Below are positions 28,766 through 39,505 of a stretch of 64,000 nucleotides of DNA, piece by piece. The first letter of the stretch is position 1, and each line of letters opens with the position of its first letter. The notes under the pieces are model-generated. The model saw nothing but the letters and a program-made list of their open reading frames with translations, made no database searches and had not been told where the DNA came from. The stretch lies in the NCBI GenBank assembly GCA_963778715.1, contig CAVZVK010000005.1, forward strand, positions 2,698 through 66,697, given 5' to 3'. The translations under genes and the position numbers were made by a program. The stretch comes from an uncultured Solirubrobacterales bacterium (GTDB lineage Bacteria > Actinomycetota > Thermoleophilia > Solirubrobacterales > 70-9).

Positions 28766-30195
28766 GAGTCGCCAGACTATCGGCGTGGCCACGCTCGAAG
28801 CACAGACTTTCGCCGGGCTCGGCGAGCAGGCAGGAGCGCTCCGCAGCGGCGAGGCCAGCTCGCGCGAGCTGGTCGAAGCGGCGCTCGAGCGTGCCGAGCA
28901 AGCGCAGGAGTCCCTCAACGCCTTCCGCGTGATCTGCGCCGAGGAAGCGCTGGTCGCGGCCGAGGAGGCGGATCGCCGCCTCGGGGCGGGAGAGGAGCCG
29001 CCGCTGCTCGGCGTCCCGGTCGCGATCAAGGACGACGTCGAGCTGGCCGGGCACACCACCCCGTTCGGCTGCGGCGGCGGCAGGCCGGCGCGTGCGCGAC
29101 GCAGAGGCGGTGAGACGGCTGCGCGCGGCGGGCGCGATCGTAATCGGCAAGACGCATGCTCCCGAGGTCGGCCTCTGGCACTTCACCGAGACTCCACTGC
29201 ACGGCGCCACCCGCAACCCCTGGAACCTCGACCACACACCCGGCGGCTCCAGCGGCGGCGCCGCCGCGGTGGTGGCGGCCGGTGTCGTCCCGGCGGCGAT
29301 CGGCTCCGACGGGGCCGGCTCGATCCGCATCCCCGCCGCCTGGACCGGGCTGATCGGCCTCAAGCCCCAGCGCGGCCGGGTCTCCACCTGGCCCGACCCC
29401 GAGGCCTTCAACGGGCTCAGCTGTTACGGCCCACTGACCCGCAGCGTCGGCGACGCTGCTCTGCTGCTCGACGCGGTCCACGGCAACGTCCCGGCCGACC
29501 TGCACAAGCTGTCGCCGCCGGGCGAGCCCTTCGCCGAGGCCGCGGCCCGCGAGCCGGGTCGCCTGCGCATCGCGATTTCCTTTGCGACGCCCTTCGGAGT
29601 CCCGGCCAAGGCAGACGACGAGCATCGAGCGGCGATCGAATCCTTCGCCGGGCAGCTTGCCGACCTTGGCCACGAGATCGTCCGCGCCGATCCCGACTAC
29701 GGAATGGTCGGGCCGACGATCGTCGCGCGGGGAGAGGCAGCCGTGGAGGAATGGCTGTGCGCCCACGGCGAAGACCGCGCTGCGCTGGAGCCGCGCACAC
29801 GCACGGCGGCTCGCATCGGCAGAGCGCTACAGGGCCTGCCCCTGCGGCTCGCGCGCGCCGCCGAGCCCGGCCTGCAACGTCGGATAGGCCGGGTCTTTGA
29901 GCGCTGCGACGTCGTCCTCACGCCGACGACGGCGAAGCCCCCTCCTCGCATCGGCGCACTCGACGGACGGGGGTACTGGAAGACCGGCAGCACAGCCGGT
30001 GCCATCTGCCCCTTCGCCTTCGCCTGGAACGTGACCGGCTGGCCCGGCCTCAGTGTCCCGGCGGGCCTCACCGCCAGCGGCTTGCCAATCGGCGCCCAAC
30101 TGCTCGGCCGCGAGAACGACGAGGCAACCCTGCTCTCCCTCGCCGCCTCGATCGAGCGCGAGCTCGGCAGCTGGCCTCAGGCGCGGGCTCTATAG
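28758..30195 (+). pseudogene. amidase-signature family amidase, one apparent frameshift near 29080
   Basis: [17 protein letters not shown] (ORF 28728..29900) then [33 protein letters not shown] (ORF 29092..30195). The start is uncertain (ATG 28758 or GTG 28785). Confidence 0.8.
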
Positions 30196-30866
30196 GCGCG
30201 GAGGAAGTCGGCGAGCTGGCGGCCGCGGTGGAGGAAGCCGCCGATGGACCGGCCCGTGGCGCGATGGGAGAGGTCGAGCTCGTACTCGCGGATGCGGTAG
30301 CCGGCCCGCACCGCGTCCACGGTCATGCCCAGCTCCATCCCGTAGCCGCGGGCGAAGGGCAGGGTCGCGCGCAGCACCTCGGCCCGCATCGCCCGCTGGC
30401 CTGAGATCGGGGCTTCGGCCTCGAAGCCACAGAGACGCCCGATCGCCCAGCGGGCGAAGCCCAGGGCGAGCCCGAAGCCGCCGCCGACCCGTTGGCCGAA
30501 GGCGGCGACGGCGAGGTCGCCCTCTCCCACCCGCACGGCGTCGACCAGCGGCACGAGGTGCACCGCCGAGTCGCCGAGGTCGCCGTCGCAGAGCAGAACC
30601 AGCTCGGGACTGGACTCCTCCTCGCTCAGCGCTGCCTGCGCCGCTGCGGTCACGTTGGCGCCCTTGCCGTGCGGCCGGCCGCGGCTGACCACCCGCGCCC
30701 CCGCCGCCATCGCCGCCTCGGCGGTGCCGTCGCTCGACGCGTCGTCAGCAACCCAGATCGCCGCATCGGGGAAGGCTCCGCGCAGCGCACCGACGGTCGC
30801 GCCGATCCGGTCGGCCTCGTTGCGCGCGGCTACGACGACCGCCAGGGCCTCGCCGGAAGTCGTCAT
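30177..30866 (-). CDS. family 2 glycosyltransferase
   Basis: ATG 30866 overlaps the upstream stop (ATGA). LAVVVAARNEADRIGATVGAL...WVADDASSDGT. Lower 229 codons of ORF 30177..31913. Confidence 0.75.
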   Translation of the reverse strand: MTTSGEALAVVVAARNEADRIGATVGALRGAFPDAAIWVADDASSDGTAEAAMAAGARVVSRGRPHGKGANVTAAAQAALSEEESSPELVLLCDGDLGDSAVHLVPLVDAVRVGEGDLAVAAFGQRVGGGFGLALGFARWAIGRLCGFEAEAPISGQRAMRAEVLRATLPFARGYGMELGMTVDAVRAGYRIREYELDLSHRATGRSIGGFLHRGRQLADFLRAYRARA

Positions 30867-32266
30867 GCCGTTGACCCCGGGACGAGCAGCCAGCCGAGCA
30901 TCCCAGCCGGCACTGCCCAGACCGCATTCGCCTCGCGGCGATCGGAGAGGTCGAGGACGGTGCGAGTAGCGAAGATGCCACCGCCCCGGGCGCGGATCGT
31001 CGCGGCGGATCGTCGCCACGGACGATCGACGTACTTGCCCTCGAAGGCGACCCCGAGGTTCGGGCCGACGAAATCGATCTCGGCCCCACTCGCCGTTCGC
31101 TCGTACATCAGCGTGCTCGCCTCGAGCAGCGCTGCCGGGCCCTGCTCGCCGCTGGCGCGCAGCAGCAGCATCCCGAGCTGCTGCTCGCTCAGCTGCGAGT
31201 CGTCCGGCTGCTGCCGCCGTCCGTCCCTGAGGTGCGGGAGCTGCGCCAGCAGCGGATCGACGAGGTAGACCTTCTCCTGCGCCCGCAGGTTGGGCAGCTC
31301 CCCTCTCGCCTGGTGACATCGCCATGCCATCAGGGCGAAGCTGAGCGCATCGATCCGATCGTCGACTCGGTGATGGTCGGAAAGGCCCACGTCCCGCGCC
31401 ACCGCCGATGCGTTGAGCGGCGCGGCGAGCCCGACCGTCAGCCGCTCGAGAAACGCCGCGACCTCTCCATCTCCCATCGCCGTGGTCTGGAAGGCATCGC
31501 CGGCGATCGTCTCCCACAGCGCCTGCGCAAACCCCTCGCTGACGTCGGCGCCTTCGACGAAATCCCTGACCGCGCGCGGAAAGCCGCCGATGCGGAGGTA
31601 GGACTGCCAAGCGTGATCGAGGTCCGAGAAGAACGGCGAGAGGTCCGATACCGCTTCTTCCCCAGCGGCGGTGAGGATGTCCTTGGGGCGCAGGGACGCC
31701 TGTGGCAGCCCGTCGAAGCGGCCGCTCGCGAGACAAAAGGAGCGAAAGTCCATCGGCAGCAGCAGCCGATCGGAGTCGGCTATCTCGCCGCGCCGGCCGG
31801 CCAGCGCCTTGGTCGCCTCGCGCAGGTCGCGCGCTGAGGAGCCCGACAGCACCACGCAGCTGCGGCGGAAGGTCACGTCTCCGTCGCGCAGCTCCTTGAT
31901 CGCGGCCGCCCATCCGCTCACCGCGGTGATCTCGTCGAGGAACCAGTAGCGCTCACCGTCCAGCGTCGCCGTATCCTGCTGTCCCACGGCAATCAGCCTG
32001 CGCACATCCTGAGCGCTGAGGCCGTCGCAGGAGCAGAAGAAGACCAGGCGGGGGTTGGCCCCGGCAGCGATCGTGGCAGCGATCGCACGCTTCACCTCAA
32101 CGCTCTTACCAACCCGCCGAGGGCCTCTCAGCACATAGAGGCCTGGCGCGCGCAAACCAGCCAGCGGTCGCGGCTCGTAGAGGAAGGGGGCCTGTCCCGC
32201 CTCATGCAGATCGGCGTCGTCGTCCTGCCAGCCATCGCCCCGCCACCATACGGAGCGATCGGTCAT
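30863..32266 (-). CDS. AAA-family ATPase with a DUF4143-like C-terminal domain
   Basis: ATG 32266 within ORF 30863..32356. Walker A LRGPRRVGKS and Walker B YWFLDEIT. Uninterrupted 467 aa. Confidence 0.75.
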   Translation of the reverse strand: MTDRSVWWRGDGWQDDDADLHEAGQAPFLYEPRPLAGLRAPGLYVLRGPRRVGKSVEVKRAIAATIAAGANPRLVFFCSCDGLSAQDVRRLIAVGQQDTATLDGERYWFLDEITAVSGWAAAIKELRDGDVTFRRSCVVLSGSSARDLREATKALAGRRGEIADSDRLLLPMDFRSFCLASGRFDGLPQASLRPKDILTAAGEEAVSDLSPFFSDLDHAWQSYLRIGGFPRAVRDFVEGADVSEGFAQALWETIAGDAFQTTAMGDGEVAAFLERLTVGLAAPLNASAVARDVGLSDHHRVDDRIDALSFALMAWRCHQARGELPNLRAQEKVYLVDPLLAQLPHLRDGRRQQPDDSQLSEQQLGMLLLRASGEQGPAALLEASTLMYERTASGAEIDFVGPNLGVAFEGKYVDRPWRRSAATIRARGGGIFATRTVLDLSDRREANAVWAVPAGMLGWLLVPGSTA

Positions 32267-32291
32267 CAACCTCCGCAACTGACCATCGTTC

Positions 32292-32350
32292 ACCCAAAAA
32301 ACCATAGCAAATTGGGGGTTGAACAACCAAAATACAGTTGTTTTTTGGGT
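32292..32350. promoter_or_regulatory. 11-bp inverted repeat ACCCAAAAAAC / GTTTTTTGGGT in an AT-rich divergent intergenic region
   Basis: Arms at 32292..32302 and 32340..32350, read directly, between the ATPase start (32266) and the biotinyl-carrier start (32393). Confidence 0.35.
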
Positions 32351-32392
32351 TCTCACTCAGCACAGCGGGCACGGCGGATATTGTGCCGCGCC

Positions 32393-32602
32393 ATGGAGAT
32401 CGAGGCGCACATCACTGGCAACGTCTGGAAAATCGAGGTCGCGGTGGGAGACACGATCGAGGACGGCGACACCGTCGTCATCCTCGAGTCGATGAAGATG
32501 GAGATCCCGGTCGAGGCCGAAGACGACGGCACGGTCAAGGAGATTCGCTGCGAGGAGGGCCAGTCGGTGAGCGAAGGCGACGTCCTCGTAGTGCTCGAGT
32601 GA
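32393..32602 (+). CDS. small biotin/lipoyl-attachment domain protein (BCCP-like, 69 aa)
   Basis: MEIEAHITGNVWKIEVAVGDTIEDGDTVVILESMKMEIPVEA... with an (E/A)SMKM biotinylation-type motif. Lower part of ORF 32204..32602. Confidence 0.8.
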   Translation: MEIEAHITGNVWKIEVAVGDTIEDGDTVVILESMKMEIPVEAEDDGTVKEIRCEEGQSVSEGDVLVVLE

Positions 32603-33408
32603 CGGCGGAGCGGCTCGCCGGGGGCAAGCTCCTCCTCGACTCCCCCGCCGAGGCGGTCGTCCGCCTCCGCATCTCCAACCCCGACCGGCGCAACGCGCTC
32701 GACCACGAGATCCTCGACGCGCTCGCCGAGACCCTGCCCCGCCTCGACCAAGGAATCGAGACCCGCTGCCTGCTGATCACCGGCGCGCCGCCGGTCTTCT
32801 CCGCCGGCTACGACATCGCCTCGATTCCCTCCGAGACCTTCGAGCGCGACGCGGAGGCCCTTGTCGCCCATCCCTTCCACGCCGCGATGGAGGCGATCGC
32901 CGCCCATCCCTGGCCGACCGTGGCGGCGATCAACGGCCACTGCATCGGCGGCGGCCTGGAGCTGGCGATCACCTGCGACCTGCGGATCTGCGCGGCGGGG
33001 GCGAAGCTGGGCATGCCGCCGGTCAAGCTCGGCCTCGTCTACAGCCACACCGGCCTGCGCAAGTTTCTCGACACGGTCGGCCTCGCCCGCACCAAGGAGC
33101 TCTTCCTCACCGGGCGCAACTTCGAGGCCGAGCGCGCCGCCGAGATCGGCCTGGTGCACGAAGTCGTCGAGGCGGCGGCGCTGGAGGGCGCCGCGGTCGA
33201 GCTGGCGGCCGAGATCGCCGCCAACGCGCCGCTCTCGATGCGCGGCAACAAGAGTGCGATCGACCTGCTCGCCGCCTCGCCGCAGATCAGCGAGCAGCAG
33301 GAGGCCGGGCTGATCGCCCTGCGCGAGTCCTGCTTTGCCTCCGAGGACTTCCGCGAGGGCATCCAGGCCTTCGCCGAGAAGCGCAAGCCCGAGTGGAAGG
33401 GCCGTTGA
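32599..33408 (+). CDS. enoyl-CoA hydratase/isomerase family protein, intact
   Basis: GTG 32599 overlaps the upstream TGA. RNALDHEIL, FSAGYDI, INGHCIGGGLELAITCD and DFREGIQAFAEKRKPEW. Lower part of ORF 32338..33408. Confidence 0.85.
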   Translation: MTAERLAGGKLLLDSPAEAVVRLRISNPDRRNALDHEILDALAETLPRLDQGIETRCLLITGAPPVFSAGYDIASIPSETFERDAEALVAHPFHAAMEAIAAHPWPTVAAINGHCIGGGLELAITCDLRICAAGAKLGMPPVKLGLVYSHTGLRKFLDTVGLARTKELFLTGRNFEAERAAEIGLVHEVVEAAALEGAAVELAAEIAANAPLSMRGNKSAIDLLAASPQISEQQEAGLIALRESCFASEDFREGIQAFAEKRKPEWKGR

Positions 33409-34034
33409 GCGCGGCCAGCAAAGCGCTCGCCGCCGCCGACCCGACGATGGCGGCGCTGATCGAGCGCCTCGGCCACATCGACCTGGAGACGCGCTTGCGG
33501 CGCCGCAGCGAGGAGCGCCCGGCGGATGCCTACGGCGCGCTGCTGCGGGCGATCGTCGGTCAGCAGCTCTCGACCAAGGCGGCGCGGACGATCTATGGCC
33601 GCGTGCTCGAGCTCTTCGACGGCTCGACGCCCGCCCCCGAGCAGCTGCTCGAAGCCGAGGAAGCCGACCTTCGCGCCGCCGGCCTCTCCGGCCGCAAGGT
33701 CGAGTACATCCGCGACCTGGCCTCGCACGTGATCGAGGGCGAGCTGGAGCTCGACCGGCTCGACGAGCTCCCGGACGAGGAGGTGGTCGAGGAGATCGTC
33801 GCCGTGCGCGGACTCGGCGTCTGGACGGCGGAGATGTTCCTGATGTTCCACCTCGAACGGCCCGACGTGCTCTCCGGCGGCGACCTCGGCATCCGCAAGG
33901 CGATCCAGGTCGAGTACGAGCTGGAGGAGATGCCGGCCCCGACGCGGGTGATCGAGATCGGCGAGCCCTGGCGCCCGCACCGCAGCCTCGCCTCCCTCTA
34001 CCTCTGGGAGTCCCTCGCCGCCACGCCTGCTTGA
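33393..34034 (+). CDS. HhH-GPD base-excision DNA glycosylase (AlkA-like)
   Basis: 213-aa ORF. LLRAIVGQQLSTKAARTIYGRV, LRAAGLSGRKVEYIRDLA, RGLGVWTAEMFLMF and DLGIRKA. The start could instead be TTG 33405. Confidence 0.8.
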   Translation: MEGPLSAASKALAAADPTMAALIERLGHIDLETRLRRRSEERPADAYGALLRAIVGQQLSTKAARTIYGRVLELFDGSTPAPEQLLEAEEADLRAAGLSGRKVEYIRDLASHVIEGELELDRLDELPDEEVVEEIVAVRGLGVWTAEMFLMFHLERPDVLSGGDLGIRKAIQVEYELEEMPAPTRVIEIGEPWRPHRSLASLYLWESLAATPA

Positions 34035-34114
34035 CGGGGCGATCGCCCCGGCCGGCCGCGCGCTTGAAAAACGCGGCGGTGGGTAAATGACGGCGAAACG
34101 AATTGGGAGAAACG

Positions 34115-34219
34115 ATGGCACTCACTGCGCTTGCTTCACTGCCCCTCGCGACAACGATCGTCCTGCCGGGGATCATCGTCGTCATCATCATCGTCCTGCT
34201 GCTGATCTGGCTGCTCTAG
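34115..34219 (+). CDS. candidate 34-aa hydrophobic micropeptide upstream of bioB
   Basis: Not in the ORF track (too short). GGGAGA lies 5 nt upstream of ATG 34115. MALTALASLPLATTIVLPGIIVVIIIVLLLIWLL, TAG at 34217..34219. Confidence 0.35.
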   Translation: MALTALASLPLATTIVLPGIIVVIIIVLLLIWLL

Positions 34220-34284
34220 CCGCGAATCGCGAGGCTGATCGCAGAGGCCGGAACCGTCCGGGGCGCCGCCTAGCCTTGCTCCGG

Positions 34285-35433
34285 ATGCCGGCCTTGATCT
34301 CCTTCGAGGAAGCGCTTGCCCTGGGCGAGCTGACCGACCACCAGGAGATCGGCGATGTGGTCGAGCGCGCCTGGGCCGTGCGGCGCGAGAACTTCGGCGA
34401 CTCGACCGACATGTGCTCGCTGGTCAACGCCAAGTCGGGGGGCTGCGCCGAGGACTGCGGCTTCTGCGCCCAGTCACGCTACGCCGAGGCCGACACGCCG
34501 ATGCACGCGATGATGGAGCCTGAGCAGATTCTCGAGCACGCGAAAGCAGCCGAGGCGGCCGGCGCCCACCGCTTCTGCATGGTCACCCAGGGCCAGGGCC
34601 TCTCCAAGCGCGACTTCGAGAAAATTCTCGAAGGGGCGGAAATGGTCGCCGAGCAGACCAACCTCAAGCGCTGCGCCTCGATCGGCCACATGTCGGCGGA
34701 GCGGGCGAAGAAGCTGCGCGAGGCGGGGATCCAGCGGGTCCATCACAACGTCGAGTCCTCGCGCTCCTACTACCCGGAGGTCTCGAGCACCGTCCGCTAC
34801 GAGGGCCGGCTGCGGACGATCCAGGCGGTCAAGGAGGCCGGGCTAGAGACCTGCGTCGGCGGCATCCTCAACCTCGGCGAGACGCCGCGCCAGCGGGTCG
34901 AGATGGCCTTCGAGCTGACCGAGATCAACCCGACCTCGGTGCCGATCAACCTGCTCAACCCGCGCGACGGGACCAAGTTCGGTGACCGCCCGCTGATGGA
35001 CGCCTGGGAGGTCGTCAAGTGGGTCGCGATCTTCCGCCTGATCATCCCCGGCGCCCTCTTCCGCCTCTGCGGCGGCCGGGTCGAGAACCTCGGCGACCTG
35101 CAGCCGCTGGCGGTCAAGGCCGGCCTCAACGGGGTGATGATGGGCAACTTCCTGACAACGCTCGGCGCCGAGCCGGAGGACGACCGGGCGATGTTCGAGG
35201 AGCTGGGCCTGAACGTGGCGCGCCAGCCCGACAACGGCGCCAACCCGCGGCCCGACAACCGCGACGGCTGGCTCGAGGGCGAGACACCGGCGACGCCGAT
35301 CGACGCGTTGATCGACCACCAGGACGAGGCCAATTTCTGGGACCCCTCGACCCAGCTGCGGGTGATCAAGAAGGCGAAGAAGCCGCCGCCCTATCCAAAG
35401 GCCGCCTCCTCCGCGCCCGCGCGGGCGCGCTAA
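34285..35433 (+). CDS. bioB: biotin synthase
   Basis: ATG 34285 within ORF 34087..35433. Radical-SAM GGCAEDCGFCAQS, HHNVESS, and a C-terminal tail of about 50 aa. Uninterrupted. Confidence 0.9.
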   Translation: MPALISFEEALALGELTDHQEIGDVVERAWAVRRENFGDSTDMCSLVNAKSGGCAEDCGFCAQSRYAEADTPMHAMMEPEQILEHAKAAEAAGAHRFCMVTQGQGLSKRDFEKILEGAEMVAEQTNLKRCASIGHMSAERAKKLREAGIQRVHHNVESSRSYYPEVSSTVRYEGRLRTIQAVKEAGLETCVGGILNLGETPRQRVEMAFELTEINPTSVPINLLNPRDGTKFGDRPLMDAWEVVKWVAIFRLIIPGALFRLCGGRVENLGDLQPLAVKAGLNGVMMGNFLTTLGAEPEDDRAMFEELGLNVARQPDNGANPRPDNRDGWLEGETPATPIDALIDHQDEANFWDPSTQLRVIKKAKKPPPYPKAASSAPARAR

Positions 35434-35497
35434 TGACCAACGGAGATCACGCACCCGCGCTCCCGCGTCCGGGGGCGGCCGGGAACACCCTGGGCCG

Positions 35498-36693
<1,196 letters not shown>

Positions 36694-36696
36694 GCC

Positions 36697-37355
36697 TTGC
36701 GCGGCGTCTTCGTCACCGGCACCGGCACCGAGGTCGGCAAGACCGTGGTGGCCGCGGTCATCGCCCACACGCTCGCCTCCGAGGGCGAGACCGTGGCGGT
36801 CTTCAAGCCGGCGGTGACCGGGCTGGAGGAGCGCGGAGAGTCAGACCACGCGCTGCTGCGCCGCGCCGCCGCCTCCAGCCAGAGCGACGAGGAGATCGCG
36901 CCCTACCGCTACGGGCCGCCGGCCTCGCCCCACCTTGCCGCGGCGCTTGCCGGCGAGCGAGATCGAACCCGACCGCCTGCTGGCCGCGGCCCGTGCAGCC
37001 GCGCGAAGGCGCCGACGCGCTCGTCTGCGAGGGCGTCGGCGGCCTGCTCGTCCCCCTCTCCCTCGACTACCTAGTCCGCGACCTCGCCGCCGACCTGGCG
37101 CTGCCGCTCGTCGATCGCCGCCTCGCCGGGCCTCGGCACGATCAACCACACGCTGCTGACGATCGAGGCGGCGCGCGCCGCGGGGCTGACCGTCGATGCC
37201 GTCGTCCTCACCCCCTGGCCGGAGGAACCGACCGGCATCGAGCACTCCAACCGCGAGACGATCGAGTCGCTCGGCAGAGGTGCGCGTCGAGACCCTGCCC
37301 CCTGCTCGACCTCGCGGAGCCCGGCAGCTGGCCGGAGCTGTCCCTCAGTCGCTGA
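36697..37355 (+). pseudogene. bioD: dethiobiotin synthase, about 2-3 apparent frameshifts
   Basis: TTG at 36697. [21 protein letters not shown] (ORF 36697..37074), then [13 protein letters not shown] and [12 protein letters not shown] in the frame of ORF 36483..37355. Confidence 0.8.
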
Positions 37356-38848
37356 CTGCGCCGAGCACGGCCTCGCGCCCGGCCAGCTCCTCGCCGCCGA
37401 GGTTGACCGCGGCCTCGGCTCCCTCGACGGAGACCGTGTCCCGCTTGGCGCGGATCGCGGTCGCGCCGACCACGGCGCCCGGCGCCGCGACCACCGCGCA
37501 GACGCTCATCGCGTGGCCGAGCGCGTCGACGAACTGCTGCGGGCTGGCGTCGGCGAAGTTGGCGCCGACCGAGCCCTGGAAGATCGCGCCGGTGACGGCG
37601 ACGCCGAGGCTGCCGCCGATCATGCGGAACATCGAGAGCACGCCGGAGGCGATGCCGGCCTTCTCGACCGCGACCGCGTTCATCGCGGCGCTGGTCATCG
37701 GCGACATCGTCATCGCGATGCCGATGCCGAGCAGCATGAAGCCGGGCAGCAGGTCGAGGTAGCTGGAGTCGACCGCGATGCCGCTGAAGCTGTAGAGCGA
37801 GGCGGCGACGACGCCGAGCCCGGCGGCGATCAGCCAGCGCGGCCCGAAGCGGTCCGCCAAGCGGCCGGCGACCGGCGCGACGCCGACGATCATCAGGGTC
37901 GAGGGCAGGAACCTGATCCCCGCCTCCAGCGGCGAGTAGCGGAGGATGTCCTGCATGTAGAGGGCGAGGAAGAAGAAGACGCCGAGCATCGAGAAGGAGA
38001 CGATCAAGGCGACGACGACCGCGCCGAGGAAGTTGCGGTCGGAGAAGAAGCGGAATTCGACCATCGGCACCTTGACCCGCAGCTCGATCGCGACGAAGGC
38101 GGCGATGCCGACGGCGGCGCCGACCAGCAGGGCGACGATCTCGGTCGAGCCCCAGCCCCATGCGTTGCCCTCGACCAGGGCGAGGATCAGCGCCGTGAGG
38201 GCGCCGGTGAGCAGCGGCGACGCCGGCGTAGTCGACCTCGCGGCCGACGGTCGTTGTCGCGCGACTCGCGCACGGCGAAGAGCGCCGCGGTGACGGCGCC
38301 GATCGCGACCGGGATGTTGAGGTAGAAGATCGCCCGCCAGCTGACGTGCTCGGTGAGGAGGCCGCCGACCACCGGGCCGACCGCGAGCGCCAGCGCCGAG
38401 ACCCCCGCCCACATCCCCATCGCCTTGCCGCGCTCGCGCGGCCGGGAAGGCGTCGGTGATGATCGAGAGCGTCGCCGGCATCATCAGCGCCGCGCCGACG
38501 CCCTGGACGACGCGGCTGGCGACGAGGTCGGTCGGAGTTCTGACGGCGAAGCCGGCCGTCGCCGAGGAGAGGGCGAAGATGACGACGCCGAAGAGGAACA
38601 TGCGGCGGCGGCCGAAGATGTCGCCGAGCCGCCCGCCGGTGGCGAGCAGCACGGCGAAGGAGAGCGTGTAGCCGTTGATCGTCCACTCGAGGCCGGAGAT
38701 CGAGGCGTGCAGGTCGCGCTGGATCGACGGCAGGGCGACGTTGACGACGGTGTTGTCGAGCATGATCATGAACAGCGCGAAGCACATCGCTCCGAGCGTC
38801 CACCACTTGCGGTTGTCGTCGGTGATCAGGTGGCTGGTAACGGGTCAA
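37345..38848 (-). pseudogene. MFS transporter (DHA2/EmrB-QacA type), about 4-5 apparent frameshifts
   Basis: RKWWTLGAMCFALFMIMLDNTVVNVALPSIQRDL and GRLGDIFGRRRMF (ORF 37345..38787). AMGMWAGVSALALAVGPVVGG (ORF 38187..38420). Many TM segments. The TTG start at 38848 overlaps the marR stop. Confidence 0.8.
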
Positions 38849-39386
38849 GCCGGTCCGACCTCCTTCAGGTGCTCATAGGTCTGCGCGATGTCGTCGCGGT
38901 CCATCAGCGAGTCGACCGCGGCGTCGAGCTTGCGCCGCTGCGCCGCGGTGAGGCTCGCGGCGAACGTCTCCATGCCCGGCCTGGCGCACGACCATCAGGG
39001 TGTCGACGAGCTTCTTGCCCTTGGCGGTGATCGCGACGCGGCGGACGCGGCGGTCCTCGGGGTCCTCGACCCTGGTGGCGAGCCGCTTCTTGACCAGGCC
39101 GTCGACGGCCCGGCTCATCGAGGGGACCGAGACGCCGAAGCGCCTCGGCCAGGTCGCCGACCTGGCGCGCCTCGGTCGCCTCGCCCAGGCCCACCCAGCT
39201 CGAGCAGCGCCTTGCACTGGGTCATCGAGAGGCCGCTCTCCTCGATCACCCGCAGCAGGTTGCCGCGGTCGTAGAGGAAGAGGTGGCGCAGCAGGGCGCT
39301 GATCCGCGCCGCGGTCTCCTGCGCCTCCTCGCTGACCTCCGGGTCCGCCACCTCTCGACGATCGCCGCGATCTCGCTCGCTTGCAT
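38845..39386 (-). pseudogene. MarR-family transcriptional regulator, about 3 apparent frameshifts
   Basis: ATG at 39386. LSMTQCKALLELG, VGDLAEAFGVSVPSMSRAVDGLVKKRLATRVEDPEDRRVRRVAITAKGKKLV, spread over ORFs 39115..39429, 38904..39194 and 38873..39412. TGA at 38845..38847. Confidence 0.75.
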
Positions 39387-39392
39387 GCGCAT

Positions 39393-39435
39393 AATAGTTG
39401 CATATGCGACAACTATTTCTCAATGGCAATAGTTG
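39393..39435. promoter_or_regulatory. three AATAGTTG half-sites (one inverted pair plus a third copy), candidate MarR operator in the marR/bioA divergent region
   Basis: AATAGTTG at 39393..39400, its complement CAACTATT at 39410..39417, and AATAGTTG again at 39428..39435. Read directly. Confidence 0.45.
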
Positions 39436-39505
39436 CTCGTGTGATCGACATCACGCAGAACTCGCGTTCCGGCCGCGCAGCGCGGGTCTAGTCTCCGGCT
39501 CGTCG

